A program made the position numbers and the translations under genes. The notes beneath the pieces are model-generated. The model made no database searches and was not told the DNA's origin. It saw nothing but the letters and a program-made list of their open reading frames with translations. This document shows positions 20,265 to 30,626 of a stretch of 64,000 bases of DNA, one piece after another. Numbering within the stretch: position 1 is the first letter of the stretch; each line of letters starts with the position of its first letter. Source of the DNA: an uncultured Aquifex sp. (GTDB taxonomy: Bacteria; Aquificota; Aquificia; Aquificales; Aquificaceae); contig CAYRMG010000002.1 in assembly GCA_964425585.1 (NCBI GenBank), forward strand, positions 15,274 through 79,273, written 5' to 3'.

Positions 20265-20540
20265 ATGGCTGTTATAGTTAGGGTGCCTACACCTCTCAGA
20301 AGGTTAACTAACGGTCAGGGAGAGGTTGAGGTAGAAGCAAAAAGCGTTAAAGAAGCTATAGAAAAGTTAGAAGAACAGTTCCCCGGATTTAGGGAAAGGC
20401 TAATAGATGAAAACGGGGAGCTAAGAAAGTTTGTTAACCTTTACGTTAATGACGAGGATATCCGCTTCCTAAAAGGGCTGGATACGGAGCTGAAAGACGG
20501 GGATACCCTCTCTATAGTGCCGGCAATAGCCGGCGGTTAA
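20265..20540 (+). CDS. MoaD/ThiS/CysO-family ubiquitin-like sulfur carrier
   Basis: 91 aa; VRVPTPLR, FVNLYVNDEDIR; C-terminal PAIAGG. Confidence 0.88.
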   Translation: MAVIVRVPTPLRRLTNGQGEVEVEAKSVKEAIEKLEEQFPGFRERLIDENGELRKFVNLYVNDEDIRFLKGLDTELKDGDTLSIVPAIAGG

Positions 20541-23500
20541 GCTTTTATTTTTTCCCTTTCAAGAAAGAACACTTCCGAAATACCGCCCCTTGAACTTACA
20601 CCTATTATCCTGTCAGCAAAAGATGCAACAACTTCCCTTAAGGTTACGACTATAAACTGGGCTTTTTTTGACTTTTCTTTTATAAGCTCTCCTATCTTTC
20701 TCGCATTTGCCTCATCAAGGTGAGCATCAACCTCGTCAAAGTAATAAAAGGGTGAAGGTCTGTATTCCTGAATCGCAAATATCAAGGACAAAGCAGCCAG
20801 TGTTTTTTCTCCGCCTGACATGGCCTCCAAGTATTGAACGTCTTTTCCTCTGGGTTTTACCGTAAGTTGGATACCGCCGCTGAAGGGGTCTTCTTCATTT
20901 TCAAGCTTCATACTTGCCTTTCCGCCGGGGGAAAGGAAGGAAAATATTTCCCTCAGGTGCTTATTTATATTTTTGAAGGCATCCATAAACACTTTCTTCT
21001 TCTTTTTCTCAAGCTCTTCTATCATCTCCTTTATTGCCTTGCTTTCCTCTTTTAGCTTATCCCTCTTTTCCTTGTAATCCATATATCTGTTTAGTTCCTT
21101 GTTGTAGTCCTCCTCCGCACTGAAATTTACGTTTCCGAGAAGCTCAATTTCCCTATTAATTTTCCCGAGTTTTTCCCTTAGCTCATTTATGCTCTCTTTT
21201 ACTTCACTTATATGTAAATCATTAAACGCCTTTAGGGATTCATTTATGCGTCTTATTTTCTCTTCCAATCCGTATATCTTTTTATCTATTTCGTGAATTT
21301 TACCTTCTATTTCTTCCTTTTTAAGGATGAGATTTCCGAGTATGCTTTTCAACTCCTTTATTTCCCTTTCTAATTTTTCCTTTTCCTCCATAAGTTCATA
21401 AAATTTCCTGTCCTGCTCCTTTACCTCTTCTTCCTTTTTCTTTTTGTCTTCAATTAATTTTTTTAATTCCTGTGTTATACCGTTTATCCTGTCCGTAAGA
21501 TAGGAAATTTCCTTTTCCCTTGATTCTATTTCTCTCTTTAAATAGCTTATTTCATTTTCTTTTTTGTTTATTTCCTTTTCCGCCTCCCTTAGCTTTATTT
21601 CTTTTTCCGTTATTTTTTTTCTCACCTTGCTGTATTCTCTTCTTTTTTCTTCAATCCCGCTTTTTATGTAATGTTTTTTCACATCTTCTTCTTTTAGCTT
21701 TAAATTGTTAAGTTTTTCTTCATAGTATCTTATTTCACTTTCCAGTTCATTTATCCTTTCCCTTAGCCCGTTTGCTTTATTTGAGAGTAATGCCATATAA
21801 TCCCTCGCCCTTTCAATTTTTTTCCTGTAATCATTTTCAACATCTTCGGGAGAAAACTTTTTCAGTTCCTCAATCTTCTTTTCGCTTACCTTGAGTATGG
21901 CAAACTTTTCCGAAGAGAGGGAACGCAAATCCCTTATTTTTTTCTGGATTATCTCTTCCTCTTTCTTCAGTTTTTCTTCAAGCTCCTTGAGCTCATTTAA
22001 CTTTTCCTCCTTTACTTTCCTTTCAAGTTCCCCTTTTATTCTGTAACTCCCTCCTGTTATTACACCGCTTTTTTCAAAAAGTTCACCATCAAGGGTTACC
22101 ATTCTGTAATTTCCTATGCCTATAGCTTTTGCACTTTCAAAGTCTTCAACTACCAGTGTATCTCCGAATACAAACCACACAACCTTTTCGTAAATGGGGT
22201 CATACTCAATGAGATTGACCGCAAAATCTACCGCTCCCCGTGTTCTCGGATACCTCAGGGTTTTCCTCTCGGGATTTATTCTGTTCAGCGGAATAAAACT
22301 GAACCTTCCGAGATTTAATCTTTTAGAAACTTCTATACATTCCTTTGCAACATCCTCGTTATCAACGACTATGTATTTGAGTCTTCCCCCTGCTGCAACC
22401 TCTATTGCGGTAATATGCTCGGGATTTTTCACGCTTATGAGCTCCGAGACCTTCCCGTGAACACCTCTTATATCTTTAAATACATCCGACGGATTTATAT
22501 CTTCTTTAATTTCCCCTTCTATAGCTCCCCTTTCTTTAATGACATTCTCAATCTTTTCCCTTACTTCCTTAAGCCTTTTTTCGTAAATCCTTAATTCTTC
22601 ATTGAGGTGTTTTAACTCTTTTTCTTCCCTTCTTTTTATCTCAATAAGTCTTAAAAGTTCTTTTTCCTTCTCCTTTGCTTCCTCAAGTTTTCTATGAAGC
22701 TCCCTTTCAAGCTCCTTAATCTCTTCTTCGGTTTTTTCAATTTTATAAGTGTATTCTCTGAGTTCGCTAAGGAGCTTTTCCCTTTTTTCCTTTAACTCTT
22801 CAAGTTTATTTAGAAGTAATTCCTTTTCTTCTTCAAGTTTTTTAACTTCGTTTATCGTTATCCTTAAATTTTCCTCCTCTCTTTCAAGTTCCTTTAACTT
22901 TTCTTCTTCAAGTTTTTTCAGATTTTCATACTCTTCAAGTAAAGATGTGTAAGAATTTTTAAGCTCCTTTATTTCCTCCTCAAGTCCTTCTAAATCTTTT
23001 TTTAAATCCGATACAAACCTTTTAGTTTCGTCCAGTTTTTCTTCAAGATTTCTTTTTTCCTCTTCTTTTGCTTTTATGCTCCTGTTTATGTGTTCTATGT
23101 CCGAAAGGAGCTTTCCCCTATTTTCTTTGTAAGGGAGTATTTTATCGTTTATTTCTTTAAGTTTTCTTTCTTTTTCTTCAAGGATGAGCTTATTTGTTTC
23201 TATTTGATTTAAAATAGTTTCAAGTTCCCTTTTAAACGTCTCAAACTTTCTCGTTAATTTTTCTTTTTCCCTTAAAAGTTCATTTTTTTCCTTTATCAAT
23301 ATCTTTGCTTCATACTCTTCTTTTCTTTTGTTTAGCTCTCTGAACTTCAGAAGTTTATCCCTTTCCTCTTTTAGCTTTGAGATATGGGTTTCTATCTCCT
23401 CAAGGATTATGTCAAGTTCTTTGATTTTTATCTCAACCTCCGCAAGTTCGTTAAGAGCTTTTTCCTTTTTTCTTTCATACTCTCCTATACCCGCAACTTC

Positions 23501-23989
23501 CTCTATTATCTTTCTCCTTTCTACGGGGGTGAGCTTAAGGAATTTTACTATATCCCCCTGATAAACTACGTTGTATGCATTTTCGTATATACCCGCTTTT
23601 GCAAGGAAGTCCCTTAAATCCCTTTCCCTTACAACGTTTCCGTTTATCTTAAATACACTCCTCCCTTCTTTATTCACCCTTCTTGAGATTACAACGTATT
23701 CTTCCTCAACGGGGAAAGCTCCGAGATTTCTGAAGTGAACCTCAACCTCGGCAAAATCCGCCTTTTTTCCGTTTTTTGAAAATATGAGGTAAGAAAGATT
23801 TTTCGCTCTTAGTGCCTTTGCGGTGCTTAGCCCCAATGCGAAGGAGATTGCATCACCTATGTTGCTTTTTCCCGCCCCGTTGGGTCCTACAACCGCTACA
23901 AACCCTTCTCCTACGGGTATCTCCCTTCTCTTAGTTCCGTAGGATTTAAAACCCTCTACTACAAGCTTTTCTATATAAGCACCGCTCAT
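20537..23989 (-). CDS. smc: Chromosome segregation protein SMC
   Basis: GFKSY, Walker A GPNGAGKSN, long coiled coils, hinge (GELFEKSGVITGG), MSGGEK signature, FDEVDAHLD. Confidence 0.96.
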   Translation of the reverse strand: MSGAYIEKLVVEGFKSYGTKRREIPVGEGFVAVVGPNGAGKSNIGDAISFALGLSTAKALRAKNLSYLIFSKNGKKADFAEVEVHFRNLGAFPVEEEYVVISRRVNKEGRSVFKINGNVVRERDLRDFLAKAGIYENAYNVVYQGDIVKFLKLTPVERRKIIEEVAGIGEYERKKEKALNELAEVEIKIKELDIILEEIETHISKLKEERDKLLKFRELNKRKEEYEAKILIKEKNELLREKEKLTRKFETFKRELETILNQIETNKLILEEKERKLKEINDKILPYKENRGKLLSDIEHINRSIKAKEEEKRNLEEKLDETKRFVSDLKKDLEGLEEEIKELKNSYTSLLEEYENLKKLEEEKLKELEREEENLRITINEVKKLEEEKELLLNKLEELKEKREKLLSELREYTYKIEKTEEEIKELERELHRKLEEAKEKEKELLRLIEIKRREEKELKHLNEELRIYEKRLKEVREKIENVIKERGAIEGEIKEDINPSDVFKDIRGVHGKVSELISVKNPEHITAIEVAAGGRLKYIVVDNEDVAKECIEVSKRLNLGRFSFIPLNRINPERKTLRYPRTRGAVDFAVNLIEYDPIYEKVVWFVFGDTLVVEDFESAKAIGIGNYRMVTLDGELFEKSGVITGGSYRIKGELERKVKEEKLNELKELEEKLKKEEEIIQKKIRDLRSLSSEKFAILKVSEKKIEELKKFSPEDVENDYRKKIERARDYMALLSNKANGLRERINELESEIRYYEEKLNNLKLKEEDVKKHYIKSGIEEKRREYSKVRKKITEKEIKLREAEKEINKKENEISYLKREIESREKEISYLTDRINGITQELKKLIEDKKKKEEEVKEQDRKFYELMEEKEKLEREIKELKSILGNLILKKEEIEGKIHEIDKKIYGLEEKIRRINESLKAFNDLHISEVKESINELREKLGKINREIELLGNVNFSAEEDYNKELNRYMDYKEKRDKLKEESKAIKEMIEELEKKKKKVFMDAFKNINKHLREIFSFLSPGGKASMKLENEEDPFSGGIQLTVKPRGKDVQYLEAMSGGEKTLAALSLIFAIQEYRPSPFYYFDEVDAHLDEANARKIGELIKEKSKKAQFIVVTLREVVASFADRIIGVSSRGGISEVFFLEREKIKA

Positions 23990-24057
23990 GAGGTAAGCTA
24001 TTAATCTTAAGTATACTTTGATTTTCCCGCTTTGAAGGATATTATAAATTCTTAATT

Positions 24058-24522
24058 ATGGAGTTTTTCTTTTTTATTGACGTTTACGCAGACAGGGAAC
24101 TCGTTGATTACTACATATTGACCTTCAAGCTTGATTCCCTTGCTTCGGTCAAGGTAACCGGAGAAAAGGGAAAGTATTACATAAGGCAGGTAATAGACTG
24201 GGAAAAATTTAAAAAAGAAGCTTACGACATAACCTTATACGAGCTGGGTGAGGAGATAGATAGGTTTACGGATATTGAGACCGCACTCAGGGAGGCTTAC
24301 AAGACCGCCATAGGGGAAGCCGTAAGAAGGGGAGCAAAGAGAATAGTTCCCGCCATAGGTTTCGGGAATCCTCCTCCCGAAGTTGTTGAGAGAGTTTATC
24401 CCGAAAAGTATGAGTTTGAGAAATTTCCCGAAGACCTTGATGCCTTTCTTGAAAGAATAGTTAAGGAAACTTTTATGGAACCGACAAAAGAGGGAAGAGA
24501 TGACGACGAAATCCCTTTCTGA
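24058..24522 (+). CDS. Hypothetical protein with an acidic SSB-like C-terminus (DDDEIPF)
   Basis: 154-aa ORF with typical codon usage fills the smc-hslU gap; overlaps the hslU start by 23 nt. Confidence 0.8.
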   Translation: MEFFFFIDVYADRELVDYYILTFKLDSLASVKVTGEKGKYYIRQVIDWEKFKKEAYDITLYELGEEIDRFTDIETALREAYKTAIGEAVRRGAKRIVPAIGFGNPPPEVVERVYPEKYEFEKFPEDLDAFLERIVKETFMEPTKEGRDDDEIPF

Positions 24523-25852
24523 GCTCCTTGAAGAATTAACACCCAAAAGAATAGTTGAAGAACTGAATAAATACGTTATAGGGCAAGAAGAAGCAAAAAA
24601 GGCTGTTGCCATAGCCTTAAGAAACCGCTGGAGAAGGCAAAAGCTCCCCGAAAAACTGCGAAACGAAGTAATACCTAAAAACATACTCATGATAGGCCCA
24701 ACGGGAGTCGGAAAGACGGAGATAGCCCGCAGGCTTGCAAACCTCATAAATGCACCCTTTATAAAGGTGGAAGCTACAAAATACACGGAAATAGGATACG
24801 TGGGAAGGGATGTAGAAAGTATGGTAAGGGAACTCGTGGAAGTTTCCTTCCAGATGGTGAAAAAGGAAAAGATGGAGGAGGTGAGGGAAAAGGCGAGAAG
24901 ATTGGCGGAAGAAAGGATTCTTGATTACCTTTTACCGAGACAATTTACCAGTTTCGGCATAAGGGAGTCCCAAGATACCGCAAAAAGGGAAGAGCTGAGG
25001 GAGAAGCTCAGAAAAGGGGAACTTGACGATAGAACGGTGGAAATAGAGGTAAAAGAAAAAGTTGTTCCCATGATTGGTATAGCAGGTCCCCCCGGACTTG
25101 AAGAGCTAGAAAACCAGATAAAGGAAATGCTCTCGGGACTCATTCCCTCCCGAAAGAGAAGAAGGGTGAAGGTAAAGGAAGCTCTTCAGATACTTGAGCA
25201 GGAAGAGGCGGAAAAGCTAATAGACATGGAAGAAGTAGCAAGGGAAGCAATATACAGGGCGGAAAACTTCGGGATTATCTTTATAGACGAAATAGACAAG
25301 ATAGCGGTAAAAACTCCCGGACACGGCCCGGGTGTATCAAGGGAAGGGGTTCAGAGGGACCTTCTTCCCATACTTGAGGGAACTACGGTTAACACGAAAT
25401 ACGGTCCCGTCAGAACCGACCACATACTCTTTATAGGTGCGGGTGCCTTTCATATGGCAAAGCCCTCGGACCTGATTCCCGAACTCCAGGGAAGATTTCC
25501 CATAAGGGTTGAGCTAAAACCCCTTACTAAGGAAGACTTCAAGAGAATACTTGTAGAGCCCGAAAATGCTCTAACAAAGCAGTATATTGAGCTTCTAAAG
25601 ACGGAGGACGTTTACATTGAGTTCACGGAAGATGCCATAGAAGAAATAGCCGGGATAGCTGAGGAGATTAATACGAAAACCGAAAATATAGGTGCAAGGA
25701 GGCTTCACACCGTTATGGAAAAACTTCTTGAGGACATATCCTTTAACGCCCCCGATATGCAAGGGCAAACTATAATAATAGACGCGAAGTTCGTAAAGGC
25801 TAAACTGGGAAGTCTCGTAAAAGATGAAGAGCTGAGCAGATACATACTGTGA
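24500..25852 (+). CDS. hslU: ATP-dependent protease ATPase subunit HslU
   Basis: [31 protein letters not shown] pore loop, [16 protein letters not shown]. Confidence 0.97.
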   Translation: MTTKSLSELLEELTPKRIVEELNKYVIGQEEAKKAVAIALRNRWRRQKLPEKLRNEVIPKNILMIGPTGVGKTEIARRLANLINAPFIKVEATKYTEIGYVGRDVESMVRELVEVSFQMVKKEKMEEVREKARRLAEERILDYLLPRQFTSFGIRESQDTAKREELREKLRKGELDDRTVEIEVKEKVVPMIGIAGPPGLEELENQIKEMLSGLIPSRKRRRVKVKEALQILEQEEAEKLIDMEEVAREAIYRAENFGIIFIDEIDKIAVKTPGHGPGVSREGVQRDLLPILEGTTVNTKYGPVRTDHILFIGAGAFHMAKPSDLIPELQGRFPIRVELKPLTKEDFKRILVEPENALTKQYIELLKTEDVYIEFTEDAIEEIAGIAEEINTKTENIGARRLHTVMEKLLEDISFNAPDMQGQTIIIDAKFVKAKLGSLVKDEELSRYIL

Positions 25853-25861
25853 GGTGGAAAG

Positions 25862-27292
25862 ATGATAGAGAAAAAGATGCTAATAGGCGGAGAATGGGTG
25901 GACAAGGAGGAAAAGATAAATGTCATATATCCCTACACGAGGGAGATAATAGGAAGGGTTCCTAAGGGGGATGAAAAGGACGTTGAAAAGGCGATAGAAA
26001 GAGCAAAGGAAGGCTTTAAAGAGATATCTTCACTCACCGCTTACGAGAGATACGAGATTTTAATGAAAGCTGCTCAGCTTTTAAAAGAAAGGGCGGAAGA
26101 GTTTGCCAAAACACTCGTTCTTGAGGTAGGAAAGACGATAAGGGAAGCCAGAACGGAGGTTCAGAGGGCTATACAAACCCTTATATTTTCTGCGGAAGAA
26201 GCAAAGAGAATAAACGGGGAAACCTTTCCCTTGGATGCACACCCTAACGGAAAAGGGAAGGTGGGATTTTACATAAGGGTTCCGGTAGGTATAGTTTCCG
26301 CGATAACCCCCTTTAACTTCCCCCTGAACCTCTCAATGCACAAGGTGGGACCCGCGCTTGCGGCGGGAAATGCGGTAATTCTGAAGCCTTCCGAGAGGAC
26401 ACCCCTCACTCCCCTTATGCTCGGAGAGATACTCCTTGAAGCAGGTCTTCCTCCTAAGGCACTCTCAATAATTCCGGGATACGGCGATGTCGGGAGAGCC
26501 ATGACCACCCATCCCGATGTAAGGGTGGTTTCCTTTACGGGAAGTAGGAAAGTAGGGGACATAATAGCCCGTCAGGTGGGCATAAAGAAGTTGGTCCTTG
26601 AACTCGGTTCAAACTCCGCAATCATACTTCATCGGGACGGGGATGTTGATAAAGCGGTTGAGAAAACAGTTCAAGGGGGATACGCCATAGCGGGGCAGGT
26701 TTGCATTTCCGTCCAAAGGGTATTTGTTCACGAGGAGTTATATGAAGAGTTTATGAAAAAGTTAAAGGAAAGGGTAAGCAAACTGAAGGTAGGAGACCCT
26801 ATGGACGAGAGCACGGACCTGGGTCCCATGATAGCACCATCCGAGCTGGAAAGGATTCAGGACTGGATATCGGAAGCGGTTCAAAAAGGGGCAAAAATTG
26901 AGGCGGGAGGACTCAGATGTGCGGAAGACGAAACCATATTTTCACCCACTATTGTTTCCTTAGTTCCCGAGGATACAAAGCTCTTTAAAGAGGAAGCCTT
27001 TGCACCCGTTGTCGTAGTAAATCCCTACAGGGATATTGACGAAGCTATAAGATGGGTTAACACTTCCGATTATGGACTGCAGGTGGGTGTATTCACAAAG
27101 GACATAAAGGTAGCCTGGAAATGTATAAGAGATATAGAGGCGGGAGGTGTTCTCATAAACGAGGGACCCACATTCAGGGCGGACCACATGCCCTACGGGG
27201 GAGTAAAATACTCGGGCATAGGAAGGGAAGGGCCCAAGTTTGCCATAGAGGACTATACGGAAATAAAGACCGTTATATTTGACCTAAGCTGA
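25862..27292 (+). CDS. NAD(P)-dependent aldehyde dehydrogenase
   Basis: ITPFNFPL, ILKPSE, FTGS, LELGSN (catalytic Glu), GQVCIS (catalytic Cys), EEAFAPV. Confidence 0.93.
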   Translation: MIEKKMLIGGEWVDKEEKINVIYPYTREIIGRVPKGDEKDVEKAIERAKEGFKEISSLTAYERYEILMKAAQLLKERAEEFAKTLVLEVGKTIREARTEVQRAIQTLIFSAEEAKRINGETFPLDAHPNGKGKVGFYIRVPVGIVSAITPFNFPLNLSMHKVGPALAAGNAVILKPSERTPLTPLMLGEILLEAGLPPKALSIIPGYGDVGRAMTTHPDVRVVSFTGSRKVGDIIARQVGIKKLVLELGSNSAIILHRDGDVDKAVEKTVQGGYAIAGQVCISVQRVFVHEELYEEFMKKLKERVSKLKVGDPMDESTDLGPMIAPSELERIQDWISEAVQKGAKIEAGGLRCAEDETIFSPTIVSLVPEDTKLFKEEAFAPVVVVNPYRDIDEAIRWVNTSDYGLQVGVFTKDIKVAWKCIRDIEAGGVLINEGPTFRADHMPYGGVKYSGIGREGPKFAIEDYTEIKTVIFDLS

Positions 27293-27765
27293 TGCTCAAA
27301 ACCCTTGAGGAGCTTTTAAGTATTCTTCAAGAGGAAAGAAAGAAGGGAAAAAAAATCGTCTTTACCAACGGTTGCTTTGATATAATCCATGCGGGACACG
27401 TTGATTATCTTGAAAGAGCGAAAAAGCTGGGGGATATACTCGTCGTAGGACTGAACTCCGACAATTCGGTAAAGCGCATAAAGGGTGAAAAAAGACCTAT
27501 AAACCCCCAAGAACAAAGGGCTAAAGTTCTCTCTTCATTGAAGCCGGTTGATTACGTTGTAATTTTTGAAGAGGATACCCCCGAAAAACTTATAAGGGCT
27601 ATAAAACCCGATGTTTTAGTAAAGGGAGGAGATTGGCCTATTGAGAAAATTGTAGGTAAGGAGTTCGTTGAAAGTTATGGAGGAAAGGTTTTAACCATAC
27701 CCTTCACATACAACGTTTCAACAACGGAAATAATAAAGAAAATTGTTGAGTTATATTGTAAGTGA
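27292..27765 (+). CDS. rfaE2: D-glycero-beta-D-manno-heptose 1-phosphate adenylyltransferase
   Basis: VFTNGCFDIIHAGH, VGLNSDNSV, VKGGDW, STT. Confidence 0.92.
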   Translation: MLKTLEELLSILQEERKKGKKIVFTNGCFDIIHAGHVDYLERAKKLGDILVVGLNSDNSVKRIKGEKRPINPQEQRAKVLSSLKPVDYVVIFEEDTPEKLIRAIKPDVLVKGGDWPIEKIVGKEFVESYGGKVLTIPFTYNVSTTEIIKKIVELYCK

Positions 27766-28406
27766 TGGGATACATATGTCCTGATGAAATAGAGGCTTAT
27801 GCGGAAGAACACTCCTCGGAACTCCATCCCTTGCTTGAAGAGTTGATAGACTTTACCCACAAGAATACAGAACTTCCCCAGATGCTCACGGGAAGGGTTG
27901 AAGGTAACTTTTTAAAAATGCTTGTTGAACTCTCGGGTGCTAAAAGGGTTCTGGAAATAGGAACATTCACGGGATTTTCCGCATTGATGATGGGAATGGG
28001 GCTTCCCGAAGACGGAGAGTTAATAACGATAGAGATAAATCCCGAGTATGCGAAAATGGCGAAAAGCTTCATAGAGCGCGCTCCCTGGGGTAATAAGATA
28101 AAGGTAATCGTAGGTGATGCGAGGGAAGTTCTGGAACAATTTGATAAAGAAACCTTTGACTTTATTTTCATTGATGCGGATAAATCCTCCTACCCTTACT
28201 ACTACGAAAAGTGTGTTGAGCTGTTGAAAAAGGGAGGGATTATGGCGATTGACAATGCCCTTTGGGAAGGGGAGGTGCTTGCTCCCAAGGATAGCAGGAG
28301 TAGAGCTATAGCACGTATGAACGAGATGATAAAAGAGGACCCGAGGGTTGAAAAGGTTCTCCTAACGGTTAGAGACGGGATATTCCTCGTAAAAAAGAAG
28401 CTTTAA
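27762..28406 (+). CDS. Class I SAM-dependent O-methyltransferase (Methyltransf_3 type)
   Basis: LEIGTFTGFS, FDFIFIDADK, DNALWEG. Confidence 0.88.
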   Translation: MMGYICPDEIEAYAEEHSSELHPLLEELIDFTHKNTELPQMLTGRVEGNFLKMLVELSGAKRVLEIGTFTGFSALMMGMGLPEDGELITIEINPEYAKMAKSFIERAPWGNKIKVIVGDAREVLEQFDKETFDFIFIDADKSSYPYYYEKCVELLKKGGIMAIDNALWEGEVLAPKDSRSRAIARMNEMIKEDPRVEKVLLTVRDGIFLVKKKL

Positions 28407-28409
28407 ATC

Positions 28410-28436
28410 TTCAAAAACACTGCAATTGACCGATAA
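28410..28436 (+). promoter_or_regulatory. Putative sigma28 (FliA) promoter of motA
   Basis: -10 ACCGATAA at 28429-28436 (7/8 match to GCCGATAA); weak -35 (TCAAA at 28411); upstream of a flagellar gene. Confidence 0.55.
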
Positions 28437-28448
28437 ACTATAAAAGAA

Positions 28449-29213
28449 ATGGATGTCGGAACAATCATTGGGATATTTGCGGCCTTTTTACTGATACTTA
28501 TATCCATACTCATAGGGGGGAGCATAACCGCCTTCATAAACATTCCTTCCATATTCATAGTTGTCGGCGGTGGCATGGCTTCCGCCATGGGGTCTTTCCC
28601 GTTAAAGGACTTTATAAGGGGTGTTCTTGCGATAAAGAAAGCCTTTCTTTGGAAACCCCCCGATTTGAACGATGTAATAGAAACTATAGGTGAAATAGCT
28701 ACAAAGGTGAGAAAGGAAGGGATACTTTCCCTTGAGGGGGATATAGAGCTCTATTACCAGAAGGACCCGCTTCTGGGAGATATGATAAGGATGCTCGTTG
28801 ACGGCATAGACATAAATGATATAAAGGCAACTGCGGAAACCGCTATTGCTCAGCTTGATGAACAACTTTCAACGGAAGTAGCTGTGTGGGAAAGATTGGC
28901 GGAACTCTTTCCGGCATTCGGTATGATAGGAACGCTCATAGGTCTTATCCAGATGCTGAGGAACTTAAACGACCCGTCCGCTCTCGGTCCCGGTATGGCT
29001 GTGGCTCTTATAACGACCCTTTACGGTGCAATTCTTGCAAACGCATTCGCACTGCCCGTTGCAAATAAACTTAAAAAAGCTAAGGATATTGAAATTCTTG
29101 TAAAGAGCATATACGTAGAGGCTATAGAGAAGATTCAGAAAGGAGAAAATCCCAATGTCATAAAACAGGAAGTTGCGATTATGCTCGGCGTTGAACTCCC
29201 CGAAGAGGTATAA
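28449..29213 (+). CDS. motA: Flagellar stator MotA/PomA
   Basis: IFIVVGGG, RKEGILSLE, PAFGMIGTLIGLIQML, AVALITTLYG. Confidence 0.96.
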   Translation: MDVGTIIGIFAAFLLILISILIGGSITAFINIPSIFIVVGGGMASAMGSFPLKDFIRGVLAIKKAFLWKPPDLNDVIETIGEIATKVRKEGILSLEGDIELYYQKDPLLGDMIRMLVDGIDINDIKATAETAIAQLDEQLSTEVAVWERLAELFPAFGMIGTLIGLIQMLRNLNDPSALGPGMAVALITTLYGAILANAFALPVANKLKKAKDIEILVKSIYVEAIEKIQKGENPNVIKQEVAIMLGVELPEEV

Positions 29214-29216
29214 GTT

Positions 29217-29924
29217 ATGGCTTTTAAGAAAAAGGAAGAGTGTCCGAAACCTCCCGCTTGGCTTACATCTTTCGGAGACCTTATGTCCCTTCTCCTTACT
29301 TTTTTCATTCTCCTTTACTCAATGAGTATCATATCCCTTGAAAAGTTTTACCAGGTTCTCAAGGGAATCGTTTCAGCATTCGGAGCCCAATCGGTGGTAT
29401 TTGAACAAGGAACCCTTCCCGAAGGAAGGAGGATAAACATACCTATGGAAAATTTCTACATCAGGAAGATAAAACACAAGGAACTTAAAAAAATCCTTTC
29501 GGAATTTAAAAACGAGCTATCAAAAAGAGGTATATGGAGCGATTACGCGGTCACGGGAGAGTGTCTAAGGGTGAGGGTAAACACGGACAGATTTTTCCCT
29601 TCAGGAGGAGCGGAGCTTTATCCCGAGGCAAAATCTTTAATCCTTTCCTTTTGTGAGAAATTATTACCTTTTTCCCTTCCCATTGATGTGGAAGGACATA
29701 CCGATAACAGACCTATCTCAACACCCCGTTATCCCAGCAACTGGGAGCTTTCACTTAGCAGGGCTATAAGCGTTATAAGAGTCTTCACCGATACCTGCGG
29801 ATATCCGCAGGATAAACTCTCCGCGGTCGGTTATGCGGACACAAGACCTATAGCGGACAACGGAACACCCGAAGGCAGGAGAAAAAACAGGAGGGTTGAG
29901 TTTTGCATAAAACTCACTCCGTGA
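29217..29924 (+). CDS. motB: Flagellar stator MotB, copy 1
   Basis: WLTSFGDLMSLLLTFF TM with the essential Asp; OmpA-like domain EGHTD...NWELS...RA...NRRVE. Confidence 0.94.
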   Translation: MAFKKKEECPKPPAWLTSFGDLMSLLLTFFILLYSMSIISLEKFYQVLKGIVSAFGAQSVVFEQGTLPEGRRINIPMENFYIRKIKHKELKKILSEFKNELSKRGIWSDYAVTGECLRVRVNTDRFFPSGGAELYPEAKSLILSFCEKLLPFSLPIDVEGHTDNRPISTPRYPSNWELSLSRAISVIRVFTDTCGYPQDKLSAVGYADTRPIADNGTPEGRRKNRRVEFCIKLTP

Positions 29925-29933
29925 GGTAAAAAA

Positions 29934-30626
29934 ATGGCTTTTAAGAAAAAAGAGGAATGTCCAAAACCGCCCGCGTGGCTCACATCATTTTCGGATTTAA
30001 TGTCACTGCTACTTACCTTCTTCATTCTCCTTTATGCAATGAGCACGCTTGAAATTCCCGCTCTTGAGAAATTTCTCTCTTATTTTAGAAAAAACCCCGA
30101 ACTTTATCCCAAAAGAACTTCCATAGTTCAACAGGTAAATGTTCCTAAAGACTACGCGGTAAAGATAAAAAAAAGAATAAGTGAGGTTCTCCCTCCATGG
30201 GCTTACCAGATAGTTGTTTCCGAAGAGTATCTTAAGCTACGCATATTTGATAAAATCTTTTTCAAAGACGGAGACTACAGGTTAACCTCCAAAGCGGTTC
30301 AAACCCTTGAGAAATTAGCACCTTCGCTTATAGAGATTGAAGATAAGCTCAGTTCCGTAAGGATTGAAGGACACGTTAGCCCCACCGTTGAGGTTAAAAA
30401 TCCCCTGATTAGGGACAGATGGGAACTTTCGGGGAGGAGGGCTACCGAGGTTCTGAGATACTTGGAAAGAAGGGGATTTCCCCACAAAAAGTTAACAGCG
30501 GTTGCCTACGGTGATACGAGGCCTCTCTACAGGTGGAGGCAAAATATTCTTATGGAAAGAAACAACAGGGTTGAAATCGTGATTTACTTTAAAAAGGAAA
30601 ATGGAGTTCCTGAAGGAAAGAAGTAA
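29934..30626 (+). CDS. motB: Flagellar stator MotB, copy 2
   Basis: WLTSFSDLMSLLLTFF; OmpA-like domain EGHVS...WELS..RA...NNRVE. Confidence 0.9.
   Translation: MAFKKKEECPKPPAWLTSFSDLMSLLLTFFILLYAMSTLEIPALEKFLSYFRKNPELYPKRTSIVQQVNVPKDYAVKIKKRISEVLPPWAYQIVVSEEYLKLRIFDKIFFKDGDYRLTSKAVQTLEKLAPSLIEIEDKLSSVRIEGHVSPTVEVKNPLIRDRWELSGRRATEVLRYLERRGFPHKKLTAVAYGDTRPLYRWRQNILMERNNRVEIVIYFKKENGVPEGKK

Noticed and set aside
21000-23500. Low-complexity T/C-rich DNA suggesting tandem repeats
   Set aside because: Explained by the Glu/Lys-rich SMC coiled coil on the minus strand; no periodic DNA repeat unit seen.
24235-24786. 183-aa minus-strand ORF opposite the hypothetical gene and hslU
   Set aside because: Antisense shadow of conserved hslU codons.
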